Shown here piece by piece: positions 39,801 to 51,426 of a DNA stretch of 64,000 nucleotides (within the stretch, counting starts at the first letter, position 1; the number at the start of each line of letters is the position of its first letter). The DNA lies in NCBI GenBank assembly GCA_026025075.1, contig JAPEUI010000047.1, positions 1 to 64,000 of the forward strand, in the 5' to 3' direction. Position numbers and translations under genes: made by a program. A model generated the notes under the pieces. The model was given only the letters and a program-made list of their open reading frames with translations. It was not told the DNA's origin and searched no databases. The DNA comes from Vezdaea acicularis. Lineage: Eukaryota.

Positions 39801-40518
39801 CAGCACCCTTATGGTCATGCTCTCTATCAGTATCTCTACCTCTATATCCGTTCCCTTTTCGCTCGTAGTCATCTTCGTAGGCGTACCTATTCTTTCGCCG
39901 AGAGCCGTAATCTTTGTTTGGGCTTGAAGAGCGCGAGCGCGATCTGTATTTACTCTTATTCGACCGAGACCTGGCATATTCGGCATCGTATCCATCGGGA
40001 CTCCTACTTCGTTTCCTACTTGCTTTTGTCTTGCCATTTGATACCTTTGATTTGCTTTCCAGCCCCTCAAGTAGAGCGAAAGTATCATCAAGGGCATTAG
40101 ATCCCGCAGGTCCGTTATGACCGTGATCTGCCCCGTTCGTGTAATCCTCCTCTCTCCAGGGTTGCTCCTTATCTGGCAATGCGAGCCCCTTGAATATCCT
40201 TGCTTTCTTCTCTGTCGCGTCGAGCTCATTTTCGCCGTTTAACTTTGAGTCTCCGTTCTGGGCGCTTGTAGTTTTTGCAGCTTTATACTTTGGGTGCATT
40301 GTGAGTATCAGACGATCTACACTCTCGATCAAGCTCTTCGGAAAGTCCACACCCGTAGCTGCGAGCTTCGACTGAAATTCTGGAAGAGATCCGCATTGTG
40401 AATGTTGGTCTATTATGAACTCAGCCAGCGTCTTCTCGTTTATGCCAAGATGGTTTTGAAGCTCAGAGGTGACTTTTGAGACTAGGGACAAGAGCTCGAG
40501 GGAGGAGAGGTCGTCCAT
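36823..40518 (-). CDS. PRP22: DEAH-box pre-mRNA splicing RNA helicase Prp22
   Basis: MDDLSSLELLSLVSKV N-terminus, S1 domain (DFGAFV..VDGLVHVS), MTSPERWE, GDTGSGKTT, DEAH, SAT, QRAGRAGR. Confidence 0.98.
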   Translation of the reverse strand: MDDLSSLELLSLVSKVTSELQNHLGINEKTLAEFIIDQHSQCGSLPEFQSKLAATGVDFPKSLIESVDRLILTMHPKYKAAKTTSAQNGDSKLNGENELDATEKKARIFKGLALPDKEQPWREEDYTNGADHGHNGPAGSNALDDTFALLEGLESKSKVSNGKTKASRKRSRSPDGYDAEYARSRSNKSKYRSRSRSSSPNKDYGSRRKNRYAYEDDYERKGNGYRGRDTDREHDHKGAARHREEDRFRRPPTPEIDDEPILFKVYDGRVTSVKDFGAFVNIQGVRGKVDGLVHVSAMQEGARVNHPSDLVSRNQPVKVKVLKIEGNRIGLSMKEVDQVTGRDLVPQKRIASGANMERLYGMDDELDNDSTSVPVVEGDGFERSNRNRKRMTSPERWEIKQLISSGAVRAQDYPDIDAEYNDTINRGGDFEEEEDIDIEVRDEEPPFLAGQTKMSLELSPIRVVKAPDGSLNRAAMSGASLAKERRETRQQEAQDKAAEQASKVDLNAQWNDPMIAPEQRKFATDLRNSLANKGTEELPEWKRVTQSKDQSLGRRTNMTIKEQRESLPVFKFRSQIIQAVKDNQLLIVVGDTGSGKTTQLTQYLAEAGFANDGMIGCTQPRRVAAMSVAKRVSEEVGCILGHEVGYTIRFEDKTGPDTKIKYMTDGMLQREVLLDPDLKRYSVIMLDEAHERTIATDVLFGLLKKTLKRRPDLRLIVTSATLDADKFSSYFNECPILSIPGRTYPVEIMFAREPESDYLDAALVTVMQIHLTEPRGDILLFLTGMEEIDTSCEILYERMKALGPGVPELIILPVYSALPSDMQSKIFDPAPEGSRKVVIATNIAETSITIDQIYYVIDPGFVKQNAYDPKLGMDSLVVTPISQAQAKQRAGRAGRTGPGKCYRLYTEAAFQSEMLPTSIPEIQRQNLSHTILMLKAMGINDLLHFDFMDPPPTNTTLTALEELYALSALDDEGLLTRLGRKMADFPMEPALAKVLIASVEKGCSDELLSIVAMLSVQTVFYRPKEKQQQADQKKSKFHDPHGDHLTLLNVYNGWKNNKFSNPWCFENFIQARSMRRAQDVRQQLVNIMERYKHPIISCGRNTMKVRQALCTGFFRNAARKDPSEGYKTLIEGTPVYLHPSSALFGKPAEHVIFHTLVLTTKEYMQCTTAIEPKWLVEAAPTFFKVAPTDRMSKRKKAERIQPLHNRFANEDDWRLSAQKRQGRGGGGGTWG

Positions 40519-40917
40519 CTTCTATGATAAGAAGTGAAGAACCGGCTTGAACGACCTTCAAGGTTGCTGCTGGTACACGATGCAGCCCAGCATAGTCACG
40601 GTATTTTCCCAGCGGCGCAAGACTTTAATGCTGATTTAAAGTTAGGCGAACGCGCTCCATGTGCATCTTGCGACGGAACCGTCCAATATCAGAAATAGAT
40701 GCGGAAAATTATGATTTCAATTTAAGAATAACTTAGCGATAAGCAAAATCGAGTAAACTTGAAGAAGCTATATTCATAAATTTCTGTGGTGTCAGGTGCA
40801 TATATATGATGTATTCTCATGCAAAGTACGAAAGTGCGGTTGGGAAATTTCGGGCTCGAAGTTTCACTCCAACCACAGTAGATCTCCTAACTCCCGCTAA
40901 GCAGACCCGATGGCCTG

Positions 40918-42219
40918 CTAACCAAGTTTACGGTTTCTTCTTGAACCAGAAGTCTGTGAAGGCGTACCTGTACTAGCGCCTTCCGTAACTCCATTTCCTG
41001 TCCTATTAAAAGCCTCCGCTGCGGTCTCGTGCTCTTTCTTTTTCGCCTCCCTAATCACTTCTGCCCTTTTAAGGGCTCCTTCCTTCTCGTGCTTCTCGAT
41101 CTGCTTCTCGCTCACACGCCAAAGCTGCTTTTCGAAAGCCTTGTTTCCGATTTCTACTCGTAGATATTTCGTATCCTGGCACTCTTTAATCATGCGGCCT
41201 CCGGCACCTCGCCCAAGATCTGCATCCATAGCCGCCATCAGAAAGCTCTGTGATCCTTGTTCCGGCGATTTGAGAATAAGCCACCATAGCGGCCATAAGA
41301 TAATGTAGAACAGCAAGCCCCACAAAGTGCCCATGCTTAGCCACCTCCTCATGCCTGGCGTCCTCGTCCATCCAGGGTCAACAACCACAACCCTCGCGTT
41401 ATTGGGCTGCTTATCCGGCCGCACGTAAGCATCCAGGTGTCTTTGAAACGATTGGGCATACATCATGAGCGCAAACTTGCTTGCACCATAAGCCCTGGCC
41501 CCTGTAAAGCCGCGCTGTGTATAGTAACCATCTTTAAAATCTAGTTGCGCGCCCATGTAGGTTGAACATGTCGCTATGATTATTCTGACGTCTCGATCTG
41601 GGGGCTGTGCTCGAATAGCTGGACTGAGAATGCTCAAGAGGTGGCAATTGGCAATGTAGTTGACTGCCCAATTCACCTCGAGCCCATCCAGTGTGAGTTC
41701 CATCTTCTTGGCAGGCGGTGTCATCGTAGCAGCGCAAAGAATTATCATGTCCAGCCGTCGAGGAGGCGCATTGTCTACCCATTTTGTAGCGAAAAGTCGG
41801 ATAGAGTGTAGAGATGACAGATCGACTTGTTCGGCATAGATTAATTCATTTTTGGTCTGCTCTCGTAGGTCTTCGACGTAATCGACAAGAAATGGGTCCG
41901 AGGGAGGTTCACGTGTCAGCAAGACCACCTGAGCCCCGCGGCGGGCAAGCGCTAGAGCAACGGAAGCGCCAATGCCAGTTGTACCTCCCTAGACATTATA
42001 AGCATGGCTAGATGGTATTCTACAAGGTGCTGATTCCGTTACTGTGATCATGACCACTTTAGAGTGCATGTTACGCTCCGCAGTATTGGTAGCCCCTCCA
42101 AAATAGGATTTGGCTATATATGCTGAGGTGAGCCATGCTGCACCTTTCAATACTTCCCTGGAGAACGGAACAGCTGAAAGGCCTTTGACTGCGCCTTCTA
42201 CAATGACAGGAATTGGCAT
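40918..42219 (-). CDS. Short-chain dehydrogenase/reductase, Pbr1 (YNL181W)-like ER oxidoreductase; exons 42219-42043, 41988-40918
   Basis: ERNMHSKVVMITGGTTGIG after splicing, DLSSLHSIRLFATKWVDNAPPRRLD, YGASK, hydrophobic LWGLLFYIILWPLWWLILKS. Confidence 0.85.
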
Positions 42220-42444
42220 CGTGCATAAGGTGCCCCCTTCGAAAGACTTTCTTAACGTGGAAACAGAATTCTCATAGCGCTCGGAATTGTCCCGAGCCTT
42301 CGGCTCCGGTTTTTAGTGCCGCGCTAGGTGGCGCCACAAAATTTGGTGCCTGGAAACAATCGTTGGAGGATCATCCTCGAAAGCAATTACCTTTACCTCG
42401 GTGGCCCTTCAAATAACATAAATCTTTTCCTCTCGTAGAGTCAT

Positions 42445-43107
42445 ATGGAAGAAGAGGATGAGGAGTATTTCATTCCTCTGATAGACCAACGCGTCTTTGG
42501 GGCGGGCATAAAGCGCAAACGTGTGCAGTTCGTGCCGTCAAAACCCGCTGCTGCCGCCAAGGGATCAGTCCGCCCACGAACTACGACGACCGCTCGAGAC
42601 AGATATCTTTCGATAGTATTGCCCACGCCAGACAAAGTTGACGAACTACCCGAAAAGCCTGGAGAAATCAAGAGCAAGGAAGATGAATATCGAGGTGCTC
42701 TTTGCGAGATCTGCAGGCTACCATTGTCGACAGACGCAACGCCCCACGAGGCAAGCTTAATACACCAGGCCTGCCTCGAACACTCTCATCCACCATCGCA
42801 CCTTGACCGATCTCGTAAAGGGCTTCAGTATCTTTCCTCTTATGGCTGGGACCCCGACAGTCGGCTTGGCCTTGGTGCGGAAGGGACTGGAACACGCATA
42901 CCTATCAAAACCACGCCGAAAAATGATAACTTAGGCATAGGCGTTGATCCAGCGCTGTCTAGAGTAAGAAGCAAGGTCGTAAAGAAGCGTTTAGGGGCGA
43001 AAGAGATCCGAATGCAGGCAGAGACCGAAAAGAAGAAAGCGGAAAAGCTAAGAGAAATTTTCTATCGAAATGAGGATACTGATAAATACTTGGGGAAGCT
43101 AGATTAG
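42445..43107 (+). CDS. G-patch domain protein (GPANK1-like)
   Basis: KRKRVQFV, CEIC...HEASLIHQ zinc-finger-like motif, G-patch KGLQYLSSYGWDPDSRLGLGAEGTG..PI..K.DNLGIG. Confidence 0.85.
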   Translation: MEEEDEEYFIPLIDQRVFGAGIKRKRVQFVPSKPAAAAKGSVRPRTTTTARDRYLSIVLPTPDKVDELPEKPGEIKSKEDEYRGALCEICRLPLSTDATPHEASLIHQACLEHSHPPSHLDRSRKGLQYLSSYGWDPDSRLGLGAEGTGTRIPIKTTPKNDNLGIGVDPALSRVRSKVVKKRLGAKEIRMQAETEKKKAEKLREIFYRNEDTDKYLGKLD

Positions 43108-43395
43108 ACGGAAGTTATGATCACACCCTCTGGTGGAGATTTCGAGCTAGGTTTATATAATGTTCGAAAGTGTGCATCCAAAGTGCACGCATCGTTCAAT
43201 CATCTATCCTTGCTCGTCATAGGTGATTAATACTCTGGGTAATGAGCCCGCCTAAATAGCCACCCCTGAATGCAATGTTCAACATTGTCCGACCTGTCCG
43301 ACAAATTCGGACGCAATTATCCGTTACACTTATCCGCAAATTCCTTGTAAACACCGTCGCTTTATGCAGGGACACTAGATCAACTGGGCACAACT

Positions 43396-45891
43396 TTAGA
43401 ATTTCTTTGACGAGAAGAAATGATGCTTCTTTTTGTCTTTCTTTTCCTTTTCGTCCTTGAACTTGTCCTTATCCTTCTTTACCTTATCCCCTCCAGAAGG
43501 TGGCAAGTTAGATGGAATCTTCGGTGGAACTGGTTCTGCATATTTATTTACAGACGTTCCAGCTCCAGGACCTAGACGCAAACCCGCCATAGCATCTACA
43601 GGTGCTGCGTTCTGATCTGCTAGTCCAGGAACCCGGGTTATCTCAAAGAGGTGAGCGGGGGCCCTCGGTTTTGGCCGGTCTGCAGGTATGTTCAACCGAC
43701 GCCTGTCAGCACTTAGATCCTTAACTTGTCTAATAAAAAAGAAAGGCGTGAGTAGATGTGATGTGATTAGGAAAACCTCTCTAGACGTCTGCTGAGAAAT
43801 CTCATAACATGAGCGAGCTTCAGAGTATGTCGCTCCGCCGGCAACAAAGACAATGATTCTTTGTCGTGGCTCTGAACTGTTCCATCGAGTCTTTGCCCAA
43901 GTGGGTTTTGCACGAAGTGAAGCCGCTGATTGATCGATTGAAGCTGCGCTATCTGCTCTATCAAGATCTGGTCGAGTAAATGGAAATAGAGATTGATCCA
44001 AGGTCCCCCTAATATGCTCCTCCAACATCGTTTTGAGTCCAGGGTCATATCTTGACAGACCGTACTCTTCGCTATATGAAGTGGGTGCTGGTTTCGCAAA
44101 GACAGGTGGTGGAACTGGCCTTGGATCTTTGAGAGACCTATGAACTCGCAGTCCAAGATGTACTAAATTGTCAATGACCTCTCCGTCAGTTGGAGGGAGT
44201 TGTGCATGCGCTAAGAGCATCTCGATGTCACTTCGAAGTAATCCGTCTCTGTACAGGATGTATAACAGGAGTAGTCTTAACCGATCTCGAGGTGTAATAG
44301 CGTCGTCGTCCAAAAGTCGAACAACCTGGTCCGCAACGTTTCTAGGCTTTCGGAGCTGCTCATCATAGCCTGTGGCAATTGACTATGCACGTTAGACAAT
44401 TTTCGAACTATGTGGCGGATATTATCATACTTGTTCGATAGGAGCAAGCTCTACAAGTTTTCTTTCTTGAAAGAGGTTCATGCACTCTTGAGCCATGCTC
44501 AAATGAAGGGAGTATGCTTCTTTGAGCGTTTTAAACTCAGGAAGCCCGGCGAGCATATCCTTAATAGCATTTAGGCTTGTCGCATTTTTTGCATCGCTTA
44601 CATTGCCTTAGCTTGAGGTGAGTGACAAGATGGATTTGAAGCCTACGTTTGAGTAAAATGAGGATTTTCATCCATGAACTTCCGAAAATCACCCATAAGC
44701 TTTTGAATAGTATCTTGCATATGTCGATGACGATTTTCCACCCATATCTTATCGTTTTCTCCAATTTCCATTTCTTTCTCTTCCTCATCAGGTTGACCTT
44801 GATTTAGCACAACTTTGTACGTGGTCTTTCGTGCCTCTTGAATACCCAATAAATCCTGTGCCATAGCCTGGTATGTGAACTCATGTACTAAAGGGGAGTA
44901 CAAGTCCATAGATCGGTCTATGATTAGCAAAGCAGCAGGCGATCGCTTTGGCGTTTGAAAATCCGGATTTGCTCGAGCATACGAGTCTATTTCCTCTTGT
45001 ACGAATCGCGCCAAGTGGGAGCATAGAACCGCTGGTTCATACCACGGGTCTCTAGGTCGGTAGTATCGGATTTTAGGATATTCGTCTAGAGAAATACAGA
45101 TACCTGCAATCTGAACCTTTGTTAGCGGCGTAGGTGAAATATAAGAATGAATGGACCTGCTTTCTGCGCTAAACTTTGCATATGTTCTTTAACAAGGTTG
45201 TTGCAATTTGGATGATATAAAATAGGAAAGCTGTAAGGGTCGACAAAAGTGGCAACGTGAGATTCTTTGGGGCAGAAGTCGATCGAAAGCACTTGGAACA
45301 TGCCGATTTGCTCCTGGGCCATCTGCGAATTATGCAGCCGTCTACGGCTCTGAGGATCAAGAACTATGGTGATCTTTAGTACCATTGCGATATCTAGCAG
45401 AGGATAGCTCTACCTCCTATCCATGCTATTAGCGCTCTTTTGTAGCGTCGCCGCTCAAAATCCGCCATAAGACAATCCACGATATGAGGCAGCGGTGACA
45501 GGATATAAAGTCCATCTGTACTTTTGTCTCCGGTTCTTTTATGCTCGATCTGCTCAATATCTGCAAATTGTTAGGTGAAAACCGACATGTAAATTACAGG
45601 AGGCTTACGGGTGATGTCTTGATCGAGAATTTGGTCTTTACTTAGTACATTATCAATCAACGCTTTACTAGCTTCGTCCACAATGAGGACCTTCCACTAT
45701 AAGAAACGGCCTTTTAGCCCAAGTGCGCAATGAATAGTACCAGCCATTAAAAACCTTACATCTTCGCTTGATCTTTTAAGGACTCTGAGTAGAACTATAT
45801 TAGGACCTAGTCAATGGTCCCAGGTTTACTTTGCGGTATGGAGGGGCTAGAACTGACCATCGCGCTGGATGTCTATCAAAGATACCACCAT
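43396..45891 (-). CDS. SEC1: Sec1/Munc18 SM protein, multi-exon (about 8 exons)
   Basis: Spliced N-terminus MVVSLIDIQRD..DWKVLIVD, IDFCPKESHV, LLIIDRSMDLYSPLVHEFTYQAMA, RHRHM, DRLRLLLLY, LSRY.P, RIIVFVAGGATYSE. Confidence 0.93.
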
Positions 45892-46407
45892 TTCTACTGG
45901 CAGGACGAGGCCTAGCTCGTCCGAGAATATGTAATACAGCCTGTTGAACCTAAGAACTCCAGAGCAGATATGCCAAGAGGCTCTGGATGGTCAATAAATC
46001 TTCCGGCGGGGCAAAACAATTGCCCCTTATAAGCATGACAGACAGTGATATGGTGCAGATGGCCGCTTGACCGCTTTCCAGAGTAATGCCTCTAGGCATT
46101 AAAGTGCAGTTATTTACAGCAGACTGGGTTGGCTAAGCAGAACAATTGATTATGTGAATGGTGGTGCCCGTTCCAATCTAGATCGAAGATCCCCGTAGCG
46201 CAAGAAAGTTTCGCCGATCCCGAACACCTAGGATCGCGATTTACCTTCTCGAAAATAAGCATCATCACCTTCATAGACTTCGGCTTGAAGCAAATTCCAA
46301 CTACAAGCCCATCCCCTGCCCCCCCTCTCCCCTCCCAAACTATTCTCTACGAACAATTCAGTAATCCTTTGTTTTGGGCACCTTCGGGCGCGGGGGTCGT
46401 CCTGGGA

Positions 46408-48836
46408 ATGCCACCAGCTACAACCGTCCTCAACCAGTGCATACTTTGCAGCCTTAGATCTCAATGGCGTTTACTCAGAAAATCCACAGGCCCCATCCCA
46501 CGAAAATCTTATTCAACTGCTGGGCTCATGAAGCCGGTGCCGGTATTGAGAAAAACCAGATCATCTGGCCGTACATCCGTCCTGGTATGAAGAAGATCTC
46601 TAGTGGCATGTGCTAGCTAACATGTCGTCCTCATGTAGCGGAGCAAGCAACTGCAATCGCAGGTGAAGCGTCCCAAGGCCAGCTCGACTACATTGGTTTC
46701 AACTGCGAAAACCGCAACTGATAAGGTTTATGTTGTTCTTGAAAACCTAATTCAAGCTCGCCTCGATCAAATTGGGCAAAGCGAGGAAAATGCTGTTTTG
46801 CTGAAAGCAACTGGAATCCATCAAGACCGCCTGACGCAAGCTGTCAAGCAGATGGATGCATCATTATGCAAACCTGACAGTGTCCTTGGCGTAGCTCAAA
46901 TCCAGCGCAAACAATACCTTCGAAAGCTCGTAGAAGAAGGAGGCGTCCCTGCTTTAGATCGGGAATTAGTTCGCAGGGCCCTTGATCATGTTTTGCTTGA
47001 AAGAACTTTCAATGAGTCTCAAAAACACTATCAAGAGTTGATAACCGACCTTCGCTATCCTTTCGAGTTTTACCCGGCAGCGAGGAGGATGCATAGAAAG
47101 ATTCATTTACATGTTGGACCTACAAACTCTGGTAAAACGTATAATGCACTCAAAAGGCTCGAAGAAGCAAAGACTGGAGTTTATGCTGGACCCCTCCGCC
47201 TTCTGGCTCACGAAGTATATGAGCGACTAAATGCTAAGGGCAAAGCTTGCAACCTAATTACTGGAGATGAGAGGAGGATTCAAGATAAAATGAAACACTA
47301 CATGAGCTCTTGTACTGTTGAAATGGTTCCTTTGATGCAGTCCCTGGATGTAGCTGTGATTGATGAGATTCAAATGCTAGGAAGCCGAGACAGAGGATGG
47401 GCGTGGACGCAAGCTTTCCTTGGAGTTCAGGCTAAAGAAGTTCACCTGTGTGGTGAAGAGAGGGTAGTTCCCCTTATTCAAGCGCTTACAGCAGGTACTG
47501 GTGATACTCTGGAGATACACAAGTACGAGCGCTTAAGCCCTTTAAAGGTCGAAAGTGTGAGCCTTGGTGGAGACCTCAAAGCCCTTCAAACTGGAGATTG
47601 TGTGGTTTGTTTTTCAAGAGCGAATATATATGCAATCAAACAAAGGATCGAATCAAGTCTAGGTACAAAGTGTGCGGTGATCTACGGAAGCCTGCCTCCC
47701 GAGACTCGAGCCCAACAAGCGCGCCTTTTCAATGATCCCAATAGTGGATATGATATCCTCGTTGCCAGCGATGCTATTGGAATGGGCCTAAACCTGTAGT
47801 ACTCATAATCTCTAATATGCTATTGCCACGAGCTAATCGTGATTGTAGGAGCATCAAGCGCATAGTTTTCCAAAAGTCTGAGAAATTCAACGGCAGAAAG
47901 TTCATTTTATTGCACAACGCCGAAATCAAACAGATCTCTGGACGTGCAGGCCGTTATAGAACTGCGGAGCAAGACAACAAAGTAGCAACAGAAAAAGGTC
48001 TAGATGAAGCAGCGGAAGCAACTGGCGATCATACTATCGCGCCACAACCTGCCGCCCAAAATGTAGGATGGGTGACAGCTCTTGATCAAAAAGATCTCTT
48101 CCCTATACAACGAGCCATGCAAGAGGATCTGGAACCTCTGAAGGCGGCAGGACTTCCGGTGCCTTCCTCTATCATTAATCGGTTCGCAAATTACTTCCCT
48201 CCTGAGACTCCTTTCAGCTACATCCTTTGGAAAATGGCTCTTGTAGCACGAACTGACCCGAGGTTCTTCTTCTGCGATCTGAAGGATAACTATATAGTCG
48301 CGGATGCTATCCAGTCTGTAAGGCGACTTACAGTAGACGACAGGCTTACCTTTTGCGCTTCGCCGACTGATTCAACGAATTTGGACTCTTGTGTTGCTTT
48401 TGCGCAGTGTGTTGCTGGTGAACGCACTACTGACCTGCTTGATTTTGAGGAGCTGGATTTTGAATCCATGGATCGTCAAATGATGCCAATGGATGGCTAT
48501 CATGCCTATCGAGTGCATATGCATCGACTGGAAAAGCTGCATAAGTCTCTCGTCCTCTATCTGTGGCTGAGCTACCAGTATCCCGGTGTGTTCAGAAGCC
48601 GTGACCTAGCCTTCCATGTGAAGGAAGAACTGGAACAGCACATGGATGATCACCTCAAAGCCCTTAACACCGTGGGGCTTAAATTAAGAAGATCATCGCA
48701 GGATCAAGAGATGAGCCCTAAAGAGGGGCTAAATAGTGGGGAGAGTGCGCTCTCGAGATCCCAATTACCTTCAACTTATAACTGGAAGACATTAAGCCTT
48801 CCTGAAGGGCACTTGCATCCAGCCGTGCATGTATAG
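46408..48836 (+). CDS. SUV3: Mitochondrial degradosome RNA helicase Suv3; exons approx. 46408-46584, 46639-47795, 47849-48836
   Basis: HVGPTNSGKT, YAGPLRLLAHE, DEIQM..RGWAWT, YGSLPPETR, ASDAIGMGLNL, KQISGRAGR. Confidence 0.95.
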
Positions 48837-49384
48837 TACCGTGTACGTGTACAGCAGGTCCTGTACGATATTTGTATACCCAATAGAGTAAATGAAGCCT
48901 TAGACTTCCTTGTAGATAGTGACACCTCCACGTCCTCTAATTGATCTGGATTTCAGTAGATACGAAGTCATTGTCACCCCTTCCGCAGTTGGAGCAGAAC
49001 CTGAGAATTAAGTGAGGATTCAACGAACAATTCTACTGATGGTCTTCGTATTGCCAGTACGGATTTTTGGTAGATCGATCCATTAGTAAGCGAGCCTGGA
49101 AGGAAGCTGCGACGCGGCTCTGACGCCTGAAGCTCTCACAACCTCTGCTTCCTTGCTATCTTTCCACAACCACAAACAACGCGAACTTCACCCTAGAGGC
49201 GCAGATCTCATCATTGCCTTTTCTCCAGCATAAAACATCTCTCTTGCATCCTCTCGTCGATCAGAACGAGAGACTCTATCCACGGCCGTCAAACACACGA
49301 CTCTCCGATCACAGAGCTCACCACCCACGAAGTCAAGCTCTCACCATCCTCTTTCCCCCAAAACCCTCTCCCAAATAAATCACC

Positions 49385-49950
49385 ATGGTACACTCTTCCT
49401 ACTCCCACGCACCTCCCTTCCGTTCTTCCTCAAAGCTCTCTTCCCTCAAACTCTACAACCACACTAACACCTCTACCAGTCCCTCCGCATCGTCCCCTCC
49501 GCCTCCCACCCCAGCTCCAAGCCCGCAGCAACCAACTCCGCACCCTCCGCCCCCGGGCTGCCCGACACGCTACGCTCGACCCTAAACCCACACTCCACCA
49601 ATAAACCCGGCCTCTCATCCACACCCACCCCGCAATCCGCGCACCCTCTCGAAACGCGGCTGCTGCACTGGCAGGCTACGCAAGAGGCGCTCAGGATGGA
49701 AACACTGCGGCGGACGTTTGGCATGGCGGAGCCGATCCGGCGCGGGATGGAGCTTCAGATTGTACGCGGCGGCAGTTGGAGGCCGGGGGTCGGCTTCGGG
49801 CAGGGCGGGAAGAGCGTGCATGAGGAGGTGCTGGAGGGCGGGCTGGAGAGCTGTGAGTGGGAGGATGTGTTTGTTACGCAGGAGGAGATAAGGATGGGGG
49901 GCGCGGAGGTGCTGGGGGAGGTGGAGGGGAGGGTGAGGATGGGGGCGTAG
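49385..49950 (+). CDS. UMP1: Proteasome maturation factor Ump1; exons 49385-49387 (ATG only), 49480-49950
   Basis: ATG|GTACAC...CTAAC...CAG|SLRIVP; HPLETRL..W..TQE..RMETLRRTFGMAEPIRRGME; WEDVF. Confidence 0.9.
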
Positions 49951-50589
49951 GCATGGTTGAGGGTCGAGCCGGATAGATGGATGGAATGACGAAGGGGATA
50001 GTGATATCAAGAGATACAGGAATTGAAACTGAGGGAAGTGTACAATAGCCAGCTGCACCAACCCTGAAAGACTAGCATTGCAAGACACCAAATACATACA
50101 ACTAGAATTATCACCGAGGAACCCGCTCATTGGAGATGGAAAAACGGAATGGATTCTATGATGTTCCCGTACATGGAAGACCCGCCCAGCCCGCTAAACG
50201 ACAGCTATGGTACATATCCCCGCCGAATGACCGACTGACCAGCTGTACCCAAATACCGCCACGAGCGCAAGAAACGAAGATGGCCGCTCCAAACGCCATG
50301 CCTGATGAGAGTAATCCATGTGGCTCTAATAGAAACGGGAGCCAGAAAGTTTTGAAAAGGGGAGGTAGGTGTATGCGTGCGAAAAAAGAAAAGGCACAAA
50401 TGTGTTGAGGTAGCCCATAGCCCAGTTCCATTCCACGTGAGGTTTGTTGACCGTGGCTTATACATCGATAATGATAGCCAAGCGTTCACCCATTCAATAT
50501 CAGACTCCTTATCCAGCTGGTTGGAGCTCATGTGGAGCATATTTGACGATGAAAAGATCGAGATCTGAAAAAGCGACGGCGGAGCAGGA

Positions 50590-51426
50590 TCATAGTATTA
50601 TACACCGACAACGCGGCGTTCGCTCGTGCCGCTCGGCGTCGCGCCCACCACCGTGCTTGACGTCTTCTTCGTCCACAATGTCTTGACGCTTCACGCTGCA
50701 GTGCACGACTGGGCGCTCTGCTTCGTTGAGTTTACAGCCTGGAGATGATTCGGCGTTAATTCAATGCTGTAAGGAAGGGAAGAGATTGATATGAGAGAGA
50801 AGAAGGAAGGAGAGCGAACCTTCAAGAGTAGAATTGTCATCGAGCAATTTCCCCAGCATTATCAGTCGGATAGCACCAGGTGCTGAAGGCTTGGTGCCCC
50901 ATTCCTCAGGCCACTCCCGTACCATCAGTTGTTTCAAGGCGTATATCGAAATCTTGAATGGATTCCCCTCTGGAACCGCAACATCCTTCTTTTCTAATGA
51001 CCTTCTGTCGAACTTCCACTCCCTCCTTGATCCTGTGACCATGAGGAACGTGATGTTGACCTGCGGGCCTGTATCATCGCTTGTTTCGGCAGCGTGAGGA
51101 CCAGATGCCGCTGTTATCGATGTGAAGTCCTGTCTACTTAATGGGTCATGTGTGGGAGCTATCGTGGGGTCCTGAAAGGATGCTGGATCTGTAATTTGGT
51201 TTGTTCTCGACGGCTTTATCGTCTCCGTACCAGGACTCGAATTTATACCCTCCTTACTAGGACTTGATGCCGCCGCCGATTCTGTGACAGGCTCCCTGGC
51301 CTCGATCCCGAGATTGCTCATTTCGTGAGCTGTTATTGCAGCAGGAGTATCGTTAGTAATTGGGTTCTCGGCCAGGTGTGAGCCGTCTTCACGAGTCAAT
51401 GCGTCAGCACTTGTCCCTGAGGCCAT
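50590..51426 (-). CDS. UBL3/membrane-anchored ubiquitin-fold protein with CaaX box; exons 51426-50820, 50738-50590
   Basis: ITFLMVTGSR, PFKISIYALKQL..EWPEEW..KPS.P..IRLI.LGKLLDD, then after splicing PVVHCSVK...TPRCRCIIL*. Confidence 0.85.

Noticed and set aside
49089..49110. SRP-RNA helix-8-like GGAAGGAAGC motif
   Set aside because: Flanks do not form the required helix and there is no Pol III terminator context.
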